Assembly: GCA_963725665.1 (NCBI GenBank)
Contig: CAVRZA010000011.1
Coordinates: 416,001 to 480,000 of the forward strand
Source: an uncultured Actinomycetes bacterium
Lineage (GTDB): Bacteria > Actinomycetota > Thermoleophilia > UBA2241
Length of the DNA: 64,000 bases
Direction: 5' to 3'
In this document: positions 1 through 11,320 of the stretch, piece after piece
Position numbering within the stretch: position 1 is the stretch's first letter
How the letters are laid out: every line of letters begins with the position of its first letter
Notes under the pieces: generated by a model
Told to the model about the DNA's origin: nothing
Seen by the model: only the letters and a program-made list of their open reading frames with translations
Databases searched by the model: none
Program-made: the position numbers and the translations under genes

Positions 1-81
1 CGGGGTGAGCGTCGCCGCCGGCCTCGGTGGGAACCCTGCGACTACAGGTATACCATTGGACTCCATCCCCAGGGAGGCGAC

Positions 82-2355
82 GTGGAAAGCCCGGATGGGT
101 CTCATACGCGGGTGGGTGAGCAGCAGCCGGCCGCCGGCGCCGAAACGGTGGTCGCGCCGTCCCCCGACGCCGACGCCCAGCCGGAGATGGAGACAGTCCC
201 GAGCGCGGAGGCCGCCAGCGCGGTCGGCGACGAAGCGGGCGAACGAGCCGGCGCCGACCTGCGCGACCCCGCGCTCTTCCTCAACCGGGAGCTGAGTCTC
301 CTCAAGTTCCAGGCGCGCGTCCTCGACGAAGCGCGCGACCGGCGTAACCCGCTTCTCGAGCGTCTCAAGTTCCTCGGCATAGTGGGCTCCAACCTGGGCG
401 AGTTCTTCATGGTCCGCATCGCCGGTCTCAAGCAGCAGGTGCGCGCCGGCGTGACCGAGCCCTCCGGCGATGGCCGGACGCCGGCCGAGACCTTGGCGGA
501 GGCCCGTGAGGGAGCATTCGAGCTCATGAGGCAGGCTCGGGAGGTGTACGCCGATTTGCTGCCTCAGCTCAGCGACGCCGGCATCCACATCGTCGACTAC
601 GATCGGCTCGACGACGCAGCGCGGCAGGCGGCCGACGAGTACTTCAAAACCGTCGTCTTCCCCGTGCTCACGCCGCTGGCCTTTGATCCCGGCCGTCCCT
701 TCCCGCATATCTCGAACCTCAGCCTGAGCCTCGCCATCCTGCTGCGCAGTCCCGAGGGTGAGGAGCTGTTCGCTCGGGTCAAGATCCCCAAGGCGCTGCC
801 CCGGCTCGTCCCTCTCTGCCCGCCGGGAGCGGGGCAGGCGTGCGACTTCTCAGCGCCCGAGCTGCACCTGCTCTGGCTCGAGCAGCTCGTGGCCGCTCAC
901 CTCGACACGCTCTTCCCGGGCATGGAGATCATCACCGCCCATCCCTTCAGGATCACGCGCGACGCCGAGATGCAGATCCAGGAACTGGAGGCCGACGACC
1001 TGCTGGAGACTATCGAGGAGGGCGTGCGCCGGCGGCGGTTCGGCTCGGTCGTGCGTGTCAGCGTCGACACGACGATGCCCGAGCGGCTGAAGGGGATCCT
1101 CGTGGAGAACCTCCGCTTCGATCCCCGCGACATGATCACCCTCGAGCCGCCGCTGGGGATGAGCGGCTTCTGGGACATCTACGGCCAGATCGATCGGCCG
1201 GACCTCAAGGACCCGGCGTTCGTGCCGGCGCTCCCGGCCGCGCTGCGGGAGGAGGAAGAGCGCGACATCTTCTCCCTGATCCGGGAGCGCGACATGCTGG
1301 TCCACCATCCCTACGACTCGTTCCAGCCGGTCGTCAACTTCTTCCAGCAGGCCGCGCGTGACCCGGACGTCCTGGCCATCAAGACGACCCTGTATCGCGT
1401 CGGGCGCCGTTCGCCCGTGGTGCAGGCGCTCCTTGAGGCCGCCGCCAACGGCAAGGAGGTGGCCGTCCTGCTCGAGCTCAAGGCGCGCTTCGACGAGGAG
1501 AGTAACATCGAGTGGGCAAGGGCCCTCGAGGCCGAAGGCGTGCATGTGGTCTACGGCCTGTTGGGGCTCAAGACGCACTCGAAGATCGCCCTCGTGGTGC
1601 GCCGAGAGGGCGCGGGGATCCGGCGCTACCTCCACCTCGCCACGGGCAACTACAACGCCGTCACGGCGCAGCAGTACACTGACCTGGGGATGTTCACCTG
1701 CGACCTCGAGATGGGGGCCGACGGCTCCCAGGTCTTCAACTACCTGACCGGCTACGGATCGAGTGGCCAGTACCGCAAGTTCCTGGTCGCGCCGGTGAAC
1801 CTGCGCCGCGACTTCGAGACGCTGGTGCGGCGCGAGATCGAGCACCAGAAGGCGGGTCGCGGGGGACACCTGATCTTCAAGATGAACGCCCTCGTCGACC
1901 GGCCGATGATCCGCCTGCTCTACGAGGCGTCGCGGGCCGGTGTGCAGGTCGATCTGCTCGTGCGCGGCATCTGCTGCCTGCGACCGGGCGTACCGGGCGT
2001 GAGCGACAACATCCGCGAGATCAGCATCTTGGGCCGCTTCCTCGAGCACAGCCGCATCTACTACTTCCGCAACGGCGGCGACCCGACGATCCTGCTGGGC
2101 AGCGCCGACCTCATGCCGCGTAACCTCAACCGGCGTGTAGAGATCCTTTTCCCCGTTCAGGACGCGGGCATCAAGGCTCGTCTGCGCGAGGAGATCCTGG
2201 CCACGTACCTAGCGGACACGGGCAAAGCGCGCCTCATGTTCCCCGACGGGACCTACCAGCGGGTGATGCCCGCCGAGGGCGGCGAGCCCCTCGAGAGCCA
2301 GACGGCGCTCATCGCCGTGGCGGCGGCGCCACCCGAGGCGCCCACAGTCAGCTGA
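82..2355 (+). CDS. ppk1: polyphosphate kinase 1
   Basis: Motifs NRELSLLKFQARVL, HHPYDSF, ELKARFDEE, LKTHSK, GRFLEHSR, GSADLMPRN. Start codon uncertain. Confidence 0.96.
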   Translation: MESPDGSHTRVGEQQPAAGAETVVAPSPDADAQPEMETVPSAEAASAVGDEAGERAGADLRDPALFLNRELSLLKFQARVLDEARDRRNPLLERLKFLGIVGSNLGEFFMVRIAGLKQQVRAGVTEPSGDGRTPAETLAEAREGAFELMRQAREVYADLLPQLSDAGIHIVDYDRLDDAARQAADEYFKTVVFPVLTPLAFDPGRPFPHISNLSLSLAILLRSPEGEELFARVKIPKALPRLVPLCPPGAGQACDFSAPELHLLWLEQLVAAHLDTLFPGMEIITAHPFRITRDAEMQIQELEADDLLETIEEGVRRRRFGSVVRVSVDTTMPERLKGILVENLRFDPRDMITLEPPLGMSGFWDIYGQIDRPDLKDPAFVPALPAALREEEERDIFSLIRERDMLVHHPYDSFQPVVNFFQQAARDPDVLAIKTTLYRVGRRSPVVQALLEAAANGKEVAVLLELKARFDEESNIEWARALEAEGVHVVYGLLGLKTHSKIALVVRREGAGIRRYLHLATGNYNAVTAQQYTDLGMFTCDLEMGADGSQVFNYLTGYGSSGQYRKFLVAPVNLRRDFETLVRREIEHQKAGRGGHLIFKMNALVDRPMIRLLYEASRAGVQVDLLVRGICCLRPGVPGVSDNIREISILGRFLEHSRIYYFRNGGDPTILLGSADLMPRNLNRRVEILFPVQDAGIKARLREEILATYLADTGKARLMFPDGTYQRVMPAEGGEPLESQTALIAVAAAPPEAPTVS

Positions 2356-2370
2356 CCACGAGGGGGAGGA

Positions 2371-2877
2371 GTGCGCCTACTCTTTCTACGCCACGGCCAG
2401 GCCGAGCCGCGCGAGACGTGGACCGGGGCCGATGAGGGCCGTCCCTTGACGGCCGAGGGACGGTTGGCGATGGCGCGCGAGGCCACCACGATCGCGCGCC
2501 TCGGGCTTGCTCCTGACGCGATCCTCACGAGTCCCTTGATCAGGGCTCACGAGACGGCACAGATCGTCGCTGAGGGCCTCGGCATGGCGGATCGCCTGCG
2601 CCGCGATGTGCGCCTGGCGCCGGGCTTCGGCCCGGCGCAGATGGAAGCGATCCTCGACGAGCACCGGGAGGCGAGAACACTCATGCTGGTCGGTCATGAG
2701 CCCGACTTCAGCCTGATCATCGGTAGCCTCGTGGGAGGGGCGGCGGTGGTGTGCAAGAAGGGTGGCCTCGCGCGTGTCGACGTCGATCCCGAGTCTGGCG
2801 CGGCCGAGCTGGTCTGGCTCCTGCCGCCGAAGGTGCTGACCGTCTCGACGAGCAAGGGGGCGAGTGTTGGAGATTGA
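2371..2877 (+). CDS. sixA: SixA-like histidine phosphatase
   Basis: LRHG, RPLT..G, SPLIRA.ETA, LVGHEP motifs; GGAGGA RBS. Confidence 0.88.
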   Translation: MRLLFLRHGQAEPRETWTGADEGRPLTAEGRLAMAREATTIARLGLAPDAILTSPLIRAHETAQIVAEGLGMADRLRRDVRLAPGFGPAQMEAILDEHREARTLMLVGHEPDFSLIIGSLVGGAAVVCKKGGLARVDVDPESGAAELVWLLPPKVLTVSTSKGASVGD

Positions 2878-5071
2878 GGCCAAGTTCCGCGTGCCCGATG
2901 ACGAGACGTTCGAGCGGCTCGAAGAGACGGTCGAGCTGGGCAGCTTCGCGGTGAGCCCCGGGCGCCTCGTCGACCTCGACGACCGTTACCTCGACACGGA
3001 TGACTACCGTGTGCTCTCGGCGGGCTACTTCTGCCGCCGCCGCGAGTCGCAGGACGGCATCGTGATGACCTTCAAAGGCTTGAGCGACGGTGACGGCGCG
3101 GTGCACCGGCGTGAGGAGGTCAGCGTCGAGCTCGAAGTCGACGGGCCGCCTCCGAGCTGGCCCGACGGGCCGGCACGCGAGCTGGCTCTGCGGCTGGCGG
3201 GGGACCGGCCGCTCGAGACGCTCTTCGGGCTGCGTCAGCAGCGTCTCGAGCGGGCGGTCGCCCGCGGTGGCCGCACGGTGGCCGAGCTAGCCCTCGACAG
3301 AGTGACGATCGACACGCAAAGAGGGAGCCGGAGCTTCCTCGAGTCCGAGATCGAGCTGCGCCCTGGGGGTACGGAGCGCGACCTCGACGAGCTCATCGCG
3401 GTCGTGCGGGCGCGCTGGGGTCTCGAACCTGTCGCCCAGTCGAAGTTCGCCCGCGGCCTGGCGCTGGCAACGGGCGTGCCTTTGGATCGCACGGAGGATT
3501 GGCAGCGCGAGCTGCGGCGCCTGCGTGTGCAGCGGTGGGTGCGGCGGACGCGTTACGAGACGGGCGCGAGTACCGGGTACGTGACCGGTCCCGCGGCATC
3601 TGAGGGCAGTGGGGGACCGGCCAGCCGCCCGGCACCGCAGGAGCCCGAGTCGCACCTGGTCGAGTCCGCCGAGCGCGGCGAGCAACGCGCCGTGCCGCAG
3701 GTGTCCGTGTTGGCTGCGGTGGATCGGAGAGGCGCCGGTGGGGCCGAGAGCGAAACGTCTGAGGCCGAGGAACCGGAGGCGGCAGTTGCAGAGCCCGAGG
3801 AACCGCAGCCGGAAGCACCCGAGCCGGAAACGCCCGAGCCGACGACACCAGGGGCCGAGGAACCGGAGGCGGAGGTCGTAGAGTCCGAGGAACCGGAGGC
3901 GGAAGTCGCAGAGCCCGAGGAACCGGAGGCAGCGGAACCGGAGGCGCGTGAGCCCGAAGAGGCCGTAACGGAGGCGGAGGCGGAGGAACCGGAAGTCGCT
4001 GAAGCCGAAGCCGCCGCGGCTGGAGAGCCTGAGGAGGCCGAACACAAAGATGCCGCCCTCGAGGGCGACGCCGCGGAGGCGAAGAAGAAGGAGCGCGCGC
4101 GGCCGGGCATCGTGTCCGACGACACGATGGACGAGGCCGCGCGCAAGACGCTCCTCTTCCACTACGAGCGCATGCTGAAGCACGAGCCGGGCACCCGCGA
4201 GGGGGATGACGCCGAAGAGCTGCACGACATGCGTGTCGCCACGCGTCGCATGAGGGCGGCGCTGCGCGTCTTCGACGGCTATGTCGATCGCGCCACGATC
4301 AAGCCCTACCTCAAGGCGCTGCGGCGCACCGGCCGCACCCTGGGGACGGTGCGTGACCTCGACGTCTTCTACGAGAAGACGCAGCGCTACCTGCAGAGCT
4401 TGCCCGAGGGACACCAAGACGATCTCGAACCCCTGCTCGTCGCCTGGCGCGCGCGGCGCGACGAGGCGCGCGCCGTGATGATCGACTACCTCGACTCGGC
4501 GGCGTTCGCGCGCTTCACGCGCCGCTTCGGCGAGTTCCTCGACAGGCCCGGCGCCGGCGCCGTGGCGCCGTTCACCGCCGACGGCGGGCCGCTGCCGCGG
4601 CACGTTCGCGACGCGCTGCCGGTCGTTCTCTTCGAACGCCTGGCAGCCGTGCGGGCTTTCGACGAGTGGGTCGGTGGGCAGGACGTGCCGCTGACGCGCT
4701 ATCATCGCCTGCGCATCGCCTCGAAGGGGCTGCGCTACACGCTGGAGTTCTTCGAAGAGGTCCTCGGGGCCGGCGCCAATCCGCTGATCGAGCACGTGAA
4801 GACGCTGCAGGATCACTTGGGCGATCTACAGGATGCCGTGGTCGGCTGCGGCGTCGCCGGCGCCTTCCTCACCTGGGGCACCTGGCAGGCGCCGGGGGCC
4901 AAGTGCCGGGGGCCCGCTCACCCCGTGCTCAACGCTCCCGGGGTAGCGACCTACCTGGCGCATCGCCAGCAGGAGATCGCCACCCTGATCGAGACCTTCC
5001 CGCCCGTGTGGGAGAGGGTGGGTGGGCCGGAGTTCGCCCGCGGCGTCGCGGGACTGGTGGCCGGCCTGTAG
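2864..5071 (+). CDS. CYTH + CHAD domain protein with acidic low-complexity linker
   Basis: N-terminal EIEAK (ExExK) CYTH motif; C-terminal CHAD motifs LHDMRVATRRMR, HRLRIASKGLRY, LQDHLGDLQD. Confidence 0.88.
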   Translation: MLEIEAKFRVPDDETFERLEETVELGSFAVSPGRLVDLDDRYLDTDDYRVLSAGYFCRRRESQDGIVMTFKGLSDGDGAVHRREEVSVELEVDGPPPSWPDGPARELALRLAGDRPLETLFGLRQQRLERAVARGGRTVAELALDRVTIDTQRGSRSFLESEIELRPGGTERDLDELIAVVRARWGLEPVAQSKFARGLALATGVPLDRTEDWQRELRRLRVQRWVRRTRYETGASTGYVTGPAASEGSGGPASRPAPQEPESHLVESAERGEQRAVPQVSVLAAVDRRGAGGAESETSEAEEPEAAVAEPEEPQPEAPEPETPEPTTPGAEEPEAEVVESEEPEAEVAEPEEPEAAEPEAREPEEAVTEAEAEEPEVAEAEAAAAGEPEEAEHKDAALEGDAAEAKKKERARPGIVSDDTMDEAARKTLLFHYERMLKHEPGTREGDDAEELHDMRVATRRMRAALRVFDGYVDRATIKPYLKALRRTGRTLGTVRDLDVFYEKTQRYLQSLPEGHQDDLEPLLVAWRARRDEARAVMIDYLDSAAFARFTRRFGEFLDRPGAGAVAPFTADGGPLPRHVRDALPVVLFERLAAVRAFDEWVGGQDVPLTRYHRLRIASKGLRYTLEFFEEVLGAGANPLIEHVKTLQDHLGDLQDAVVGCGVAGAFLTWGTWQAPGAKCRGPAHPVLNAPGVATYLAHRQQEIATLIETFPPVWERVGGPEFARGVAGLVAGL
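3760..4045 (+). repeat. Imperfect coding repeats (gagccgaggaaccggaggcgg-like; EPEEPEAE) in the CYTH-CHAD linker
   Basis: Recurrent CCGAGGAACCGGAGGC units, some about 30 bp apart. Confidence 0.75.
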
Positions 5072-5095
5072 GCCAGCCGCACCCCCGCTGGCCCG

Positions 5096-6751
5096 TCAGC
5101 GCGCCGGACCCGACGCCGGCGGCGTGTCGGTCCGGCGCGTCTCGACGGCCAGGCTGCGCCCGAGCGCCTTCTCCACTGCCTCCTGGCGCGTTTGGATCCC
5201 CCACAGCTCCAGGTGACAATCGCCCGCGGTCGTGAGCTCGAGCACGGCCGTCGCGGCATCGATGCGCCCGAAGCGCGCGTTGCGCACGCACCCAGTGTGA
5301 CTGCGGTCGAGGCGTTCCGCCAGGCGCAGCAGGAGCGCGAGCATGCGCGTGGCGCGACGGTCCCCCGCGTCGAGCTCGGCCAGCTCCGGGTTGCGCGAGC
5401 CGGGCAGCGCCTTGCGGTGGAAGCGCGTGACGGCCGCGAGCAACTCGATCTCCTCCTGGTCGAAGCCCAGCAGATCGGCGTTGCGCACGAGGTAGGCGGT
5501 GTGCAGGTGGTGGTCGCGGTACGAGAGGAAGGTGCCGACGTCGTGCAGCAAGGCGGCGTAGCCGAGGAGCTCGCGCTCGCGCTCTCCCAGGTCGTGCAGG
5601 CCGGTCTCGTGGCCGCTGTCGAAGAGCGCGAGCGCGAGCTCCCTCACGTGCCGGGCGTGGGGCTCGTCGAACTTGCAGCGGCGGCCGAGCTGCACCACGC
5701 TGCGCTCGCGCACGTCGAGACCGCGCACGAGTCCGCGGTGTCGGCTGCGGCGCAGGTAGTCCATGAGCATGCCCTCGCGCACCCCGCAGTCGGCGAGGGC
5801 TACGATCTCGGGCAGGTCGAGCTCGGTCATGAGCGTCTCGAGGACGGCGGCGCCGGCGACGATGATGTCGGCGCGCTCGGGGTTGATGCCCGGCACCGAG
5901 CGACGCTCCTCGGCCGTCATGGCGCGCAGCGTCTTGGCCACCTTCCTGAGATCGCCGCGCGCAAGCGGCTGGTCGTGGGCAGGCGTCTCGTCGTGCAGCG
6001 TCTTGGCGGCGATGGCGGCCAGGTTGCGCATCGATCCCGACGTGCCGAAGGCGGCGTCGATGCGGAAGCGTTTGAGCTCGTGCACGACGTGCGCCGAGGC
6101 GAGACGCACGTGGCGCTGAACGGCCTCGTACTGGCGAGCGCTGACGCGATCCGCCCCTTGTCCCGGCACCTCCTCCTCGGTGACGCGGAGCGCGCCGAGG
6201 CGCAGCGACTCGAGATAGAAGTGCCGCCGGCGGTCGCCGATGGCGACCTCGGTGCTGCCGCCGCCGATGTCGACGACGAGCACCGTGCGGTCTCCGACGT
6301 GCACCCTGCCGAGCAGGCCGAGGTAGATCAGCCGCGCCTCCTCGCGTCCCGAGATCACGCGCACCTCGAGGCCGGCTTCGTCGCGCAGGCGATCGAGAAG
6401 CTCCGCCCGGTTCGCCGCCTCCCTGGTCGCCGACGTGGCCACGGCGACGATCTCAGAGGCGCCGTGTGAGCGCGCGAGGTCGGCGAAGCTACGGCAGACG
6501 AGCGTCGCCCTTTCGATAGCCTCGGGGACGAGACGCCCGCCACCGAACTCCCGCTCTCCGAGACGTACCGACTCTCGCTGCACGGAGATCACCGAGTAGG
6601 AATGGTTGGGACGGATCTCGACGAGCATCAGCCGCACGGAGTTGGTGCCGATGTCGACGAAGCCCACGACCTGGTCGCGTTCGGCGAGCGGCGCTGCCAC
6701 GGCTGGGGTGGTTCGTGACGAAGGCACGATGGAGATGATACCTCTAGCCAT
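5096..6751 (-). CDS. ppx: Ppx/GppA exopolyphosphatase with C-terminal HD domain
   Basis: DIGTNSVRL, ATSATREA.N, ISGREEARL, DIGGGSTE, ALLHDVG motifs. Confidence 0.93.
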   Translation of the reverse strand: MARGIISIVPSSRTTPAVAAPLAERDQVVGFVDIGTNSVRLMLVEIRPNHSYSVISVQRESVRLGEREFGGGRLVPEAIERATLVCRSFADLARSHGASEIVAVATSATREAANRAELLDRLRDEAGLEVRVISGREEARLIYLGLLGRVHVGDRTVLVVDIGGGSTEVAIGDRRRHFYLESLRLGALRVTEEEVPGQGADRVSARQYEAVQRHVRLASAHVVHELKRFRIDAAFGTSGSMRNLAAIAAKTLHDETPAHDQPLARGDLRKVAKTLRAMTAEERRSVPGINPERADIIVAGAAVLETLMTELDLPEIVALADCGVREGMLMDYLRRSRHRGLVRGLDVRERSVVQLGRRCKFDEPHARHVRELALALFDSGHETGLHDLGERERELLGYAALLHDVGTFLSYRDHHLHTAYLVRNADLLGFDQEEIELLAAVTRFHRKALPGSRNPELAELDAGDRRATRMLALLLRLAERLDRSHTGCVRNARFGRIDAATAVLELTTAGDCHLELWGIQTRQEAVEKALGRSLAVETRRTDTPPASGPAR

Positions 6752-6818
6752 GGTCCGTGAGCCGCCTATCGAGTAATCTGAGTGGCTGTGCGCAGCGCGC
6801 GGCTGGGGAGGAGGACTG

Positions 6819-7664
6819 TTGCCACGAGACGAGCGTCAACGTGACGAGAAGACGGACAAGGACGGGACGAGCGGCGAGCCCAAGGCCAAGCTCGACCGTG
6901 CGACCTACGAGAAGGCGCTCGGCAAGCTGCACTTCGAGCTCGTGAAGCTGCAGGAGTGGATCAAGCACGAGGGCCTCAAGGTCGTGGTGCTCTTCGAGGG
7001 ACGCGACGCCGCCGGCAAGGGCGGCACCATCAAACGCATCACCGAGCCCCTCAATCCACGCGTCGTGCGCGTGGTCGCGCTGCCGGCGCCGACCGAGCGG
7101 CAGAAGACGCAGTGGTACTTCCAGCGCTACGTGGAGGAGCTGCCGGCCGCCGGCGAGATGGTCCTCCTCGACCGCAGCTGGTACAACCGCGCCGGCGTCG
7201 AGCGTGTGCTCGGCTTCACCAGCGAGGAGGAGGTACAGGAGTTCTTCCGCACCTGCCCTGAGTTCGAGCGCATGCTGATCCGTTCGGGGACCATCCTCAT
7301 CAAGTACTGGTTCAGCGTCAGCGACGAGGAGCAGGAGCGCCGCTTCCAGGAGCGCATCAACGACCCTCTCAAGCGCTGGAAGTTCAGCGAGATGGACGTC
7401 GAGTCGCGTGACCACTGGGAGGAGTACTCGCGCGCCAAGGACGAGATGTTCGCCTTCACCGACACGAAGTGGTCGCCGTGGTACGTCGTCGAGGGTGACG
7501 ACAAGCGGCGTGCGCGCCTGAACTGCATCAGTCACCTGCTCAGCATGATCCCCTACGAAGACGTGCTGCCGAAGCCGTTCAAGCTGGCGGTGCGCAAGCC
7601 GCCGAGCAAAGGCTACGTCCGTCCGCCGATGAGCGAGCAGACGTTTGTGCCGCAAGTCTTCTAG
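6819..7664 (+). CDS. ppk2: polyphosphate kinase 2
   Basis: FEGRDAAGKGG, WYFQRY, DRSWYNR, DPLKRWK motifs; GGAGG RBS before TTG. Confidence 0.95.
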   Translation: MPRDERQRDEKTDKDGTSGEPKAKLDRATYEKALGKLHFELVKLQEWIKHEGLKVVVLFEGRDAAGKGGTIKRITEPLNPRVVRVVALPAPTERQKTQWYFQRYVEELPAAGEMVLLDRSWYNRAGVERVLGFTSEEEVQEFFRTCPEFERMLIRSGTILIKYWFSVSDEEQERRFQERINDPLKRWKFSEMDVESRDHWEEYSRAKDEMFAFTDTKWSPWYVVEGDDKRRARLNCISHLLSMIPYEDVLPKPFKLAVRKPPSKGYVRPPMSEQTFVPQVF

Positions 7665-7712
7665 CTGAGTGCGTCTGCGGCCCCGTGACGGCCTTGTTCT
7701 CTGCCGCCAGCG

Positions 7713-7749
7713 CTAACGTTTTAGCCCGGGTCCCCTAACGTGGTAAGAT
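7713..7749 (+). promoter_or_regulatory. Candidate PHO box (CTAAC at 7713 and 7735) and -10 TAAGAT
   Basis: Two CTAAC 22 bp apart; TGG-TAAGAT at 7741-7749. Confidence 0.55.
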
Positions 7750-7784
7750 ACCGCTCCCCTGAGGGAGTGGGAGGAACGTAGTCT

Positions 7785-8489
7785 GTGAACCTCGCCTTGC
7801 GCGAACACCCTGCGGCCGGCCTCGTGATGAACATGGCCGCGAACCTCGAGCGAGCTGCGTCGCTGCTTCCCGAAATGATGACCGGTGACGACGGGGCCTG
7901 CGGCTACGAGATCCTGGAGCGTGAGCGTGTCGGTGACGAGCTCATTCGGGATCTTCTCACATACCTCGAATCCGGCTCGCTCGCCACCGACGCGCTCGCG
8001 CGCGACGACGTGCGAGAGCTGGCCGGTGTGCTCGAGGATACGCTCGACGCCGTGGCGGCGGCGGCCGAAGGTGTGCGCCTCTACCGCCTTGACGATCCCG
8101 TGACCGAGATGCGCGAGCTGGTGCAGGGGGTGGCGCACGGAACAACTCTGCTGAGGCGGGCCGTTGCGTCCACGGAATCGTGTGGCGGTATACGCCGCTG
8201 CTGGCTCGAGCTCGCCCGGCTCGAGGACGATGGCGAGACGCTGGCTGCGACGCTGCGGGTCATGCTGCGCGACGAAGGAACTGCCGCTGCTGGGCGCTGG
8301 CGCGACATCGTCGACCTGACCGAAGAGGCTCTTCACGGCTGCCAGCACGCGGGTGCCATCCTGGTCGCTGCCGATGCTGCAGCCCGCCTAGCTCGCCTCA
8401 GTCCTCAGAGTCAGCACCGGACTCCCTGCTCGTGGTCGCGCTCGTGCCACGGGCGGGCGACGGTTGGCTCCCCGCGGCGCACACATTAA
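7785..8489 (+). CDS. DUF47/PhoU-like phosphate transport regulator (divergent)
   Basis: E..GD and R.D...LA..LED..D helical pattern; context; GGAGG RBS. Confidence 0.65.
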   Translation: MNLALREHPAAGLVMNMAANLERAASLLPEMMTGDDGACGYEILERERVGDELIRDLLTYLESGSLATDALARDDVRELAGVLEDTLDAVAAAAEGVRLYRLDDPVTEMRELVQGVAHGTTLLRRAVASTESCGGIRRCWLELARLEDDGETLAATLRVMLRDEGTAAAGRWRDIVDLTEEALHGCQHAGAILVAADAAARLARLSPQSQHRTPCSWSRSCHGRATVGSPRRTH

Positions 8490-8517
8490 TGAGACACTAA
8501 CAATCGATGGCTATAGT
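8486..8517 (+). promoter_or_regulatory. Candidate PHO box plus -10 of phoBR
   Basis: TTAAT (8486) and CTAAC (8497) 11 bp apart, then N10, then TATAGT (8512-8517). Confidence 0.65.
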
Positions 8518-8558
8518 GCCGCCCGCGGTCCTCCTCGACTTCTGACGCGGAGAGTGTG

Positions 8559-9257
<699 letters not shown>

Positions 9258-9261
<4 letters not shown>

Positions 9262-11060
9262 GGGCCATGCGACGCCCCCGTCTGCTCTGGAAGCTCTACG
9301 CGAGCTACCTCCTCATTGTCCTGGTGTGCATCGGAGCGGTCGGCTTCTTCGTCGCACGCTCGGCGCACTCGTTCTACATCTCTCACGTACAACGGGAGCT
9401 AGAGTCCCGCGCCCGCCTCGTCGAGGAGCAGGTCGCGCCGATCGTGGGGACGGACACCCCGGCCAGTCTCGAGGGTCTCGTGCAGCGACTCGGCGACGCG
9501 TCGGGAACGCGCATCACCATCATCTCGGCCGGGCCGTGGGCCGGCTCGTTGGGGACGGTGATGGCCGACTCCGAAGTCGCGCCCAGCACCATGGAGAACC
9601 ACCGCGACCGGCCTGAGGTCCAGAGGGCGCTTGGAGGAGGTGTCGGCCAGTCGATCCGCCACAGCAAGACGCTGGGGGTGGACATGATGTACGTGGCCGT
9701 CCCTCTGCTCGTGAACGGGCAGACCTACGCCGTAGTACGCACGGCCGTGCCCCTGACCGCCGTAGACCACGCCCTCTCCGCGCTGAATCAGCGTATCGCG
9801 CTCGCCGCGCTGCTCGCTGCCCTGGTGGCCGCCGGATTGGGGCTGTACCTTTCCCGACGACTCGTGGGGGACCTGGAACTCGTGAGAAAGGGTGCGGATC
9901 GGCTGGCGCACGGCGACCTGGGGCACACTGTTCCGGCCCCGAACACACGCGAGATCGGTGGTCTCGCCGACAGCCTCAACGCGATGGCGCGCGAGCTCGA
10001 CGAGCAGATCATCACGATCACCCACCAGAGGAATGAGCTGCAGGCCGTGCTGTCGAGCATGAGTGAGGGCGTCCTTGCCTTCGATTCGGAGCAGCGGGTC
10101 ATCAGTCTCAACGACGAGGCAGCGCGCCTGCTCGACGTCGACCCCGGCGAGGCGCGCCAGCGAACGATCCAGGAGGTCGTGCGCAATCCGGCTCTGCAGC
10201 GGTTCGTCGGCGACGCCCTGGCGGGGGGCGAGCCGGTTGAGGCCGACCTCGTCCTGCACACAAATCGTCTGGATCGACACATCCAGGCGCACGGAGCGGT
10301 GCTGCGCGACGCCGACGGCGTCGGCATCGGAGCCGTCGTAGTGCTGAACGACGTTACTCATTTGCGCCGACTGGAGCAAATACGGCGCGAGTTCGTGGCC
10401 AATGTGTCGCACGAGATCAGGACGCCGGTGACCTCGATCAAGGGGTTCACGGAGACGCTGCTCGACGGGGCGGATGACGACGCGGACGACCGGCACCGAT
10501 TCTTGACTATCATCTCCGGCCAGGCGGATCGTCTGGCTGCCCTGGTCGACGATCTCCTGAGCCTATCCCGGCTCGAGCGGGAAGCCGAGGAGCCGACGCT
10601 GGCGGTCGAGTTCGGCGACCTGTGCGCCCCGCTCCAGGTCGCCGTCGATGTCTGCGGTGTAAAGGCCGCCGACAAAGACATCACCCTCGCGCTCAAGTGC
10701 CCCGGGGCCGTCAAGGCGCGCTTCAATCCGCCCCTCATCGAACGCGCAGTCGTCAACCTGATCGACAACGCCGTGAAGTACAGCGAGCGCGGCGGCACCG
10801 TCGAGGTACAGGGCCTGGCGCGTAATGGCGAGGTGGTCATCAGAGTGCGAGACCAAGGCTGTGGCATCGCGGCCGAGCATCTTCCTCGGCTATTCGAGCG
10901 CTTCTATCGCGTCGACAAGGCGCGCAGCCGCGACATGGGCGGTACTGGTCTCGGTCTCGCTATCGTGAAGCATGTCGCCCAGGTCCACGACGGCTGGGTG
11001 ACGGTGCAGAGCGCGCCCGGACGCGGCAGCACCTTCGAGATCCACCTCCCCGCAAGCTAG
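9258..11060 (+). CDS. phoR: PhoR-like sensor histidine kinase (TM-HAMP-PAS-HisKA-HATPase)
   Basis: FVANVSHEIRTP, NLIDNAVKY, FERFYRVDKARSR, GGTGLGLAIVKH. Confidence 0.92.
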
Positions 11061-11231
11061 TCCTCACCGTTCCTTCTTCGGACAATCTCTCGCGACCATC
11101 CACCACGTCGGTATCCACATCGGTGCCGAGTTCATGATCCAGCCGCGCATACCGGAGACGCGTCGTGCGCGTGGCCCGCTCAACCCCGACTACTACGGCG
11201 CGGTCCGGCTTTGGATGTATCTCGCTTCTGG

Positions 11232-11274
11232 CTAACAGGAACCTAACGGTCCGCTAACACGGTATGGGTAGTTT
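11232..11274 (+). promoter_or_regulatory. Candidate PHO box (three CTAAC at 11-bp period) plus -10 of pstS
   Basis: CTAAC at 11232, 11243, 11254; N10; TAGTTT at 11269-11274. Confidence 0.75.
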
Positions 11275-11320
11275 CCTTCCCGGGTTGGAGCGGACCGAAC
11301 GGACCAAGGAAAGGATCCAC

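Noticed and set aside
850-2049. Long antisense or alternate-frame ORFs (also 3287-4816, 13453-15132, 26988-28595, 33341-35809)
   Set aside because: Shadow ORFs typical of high-GC genes; no motifs, and they overlap confident CDSs.
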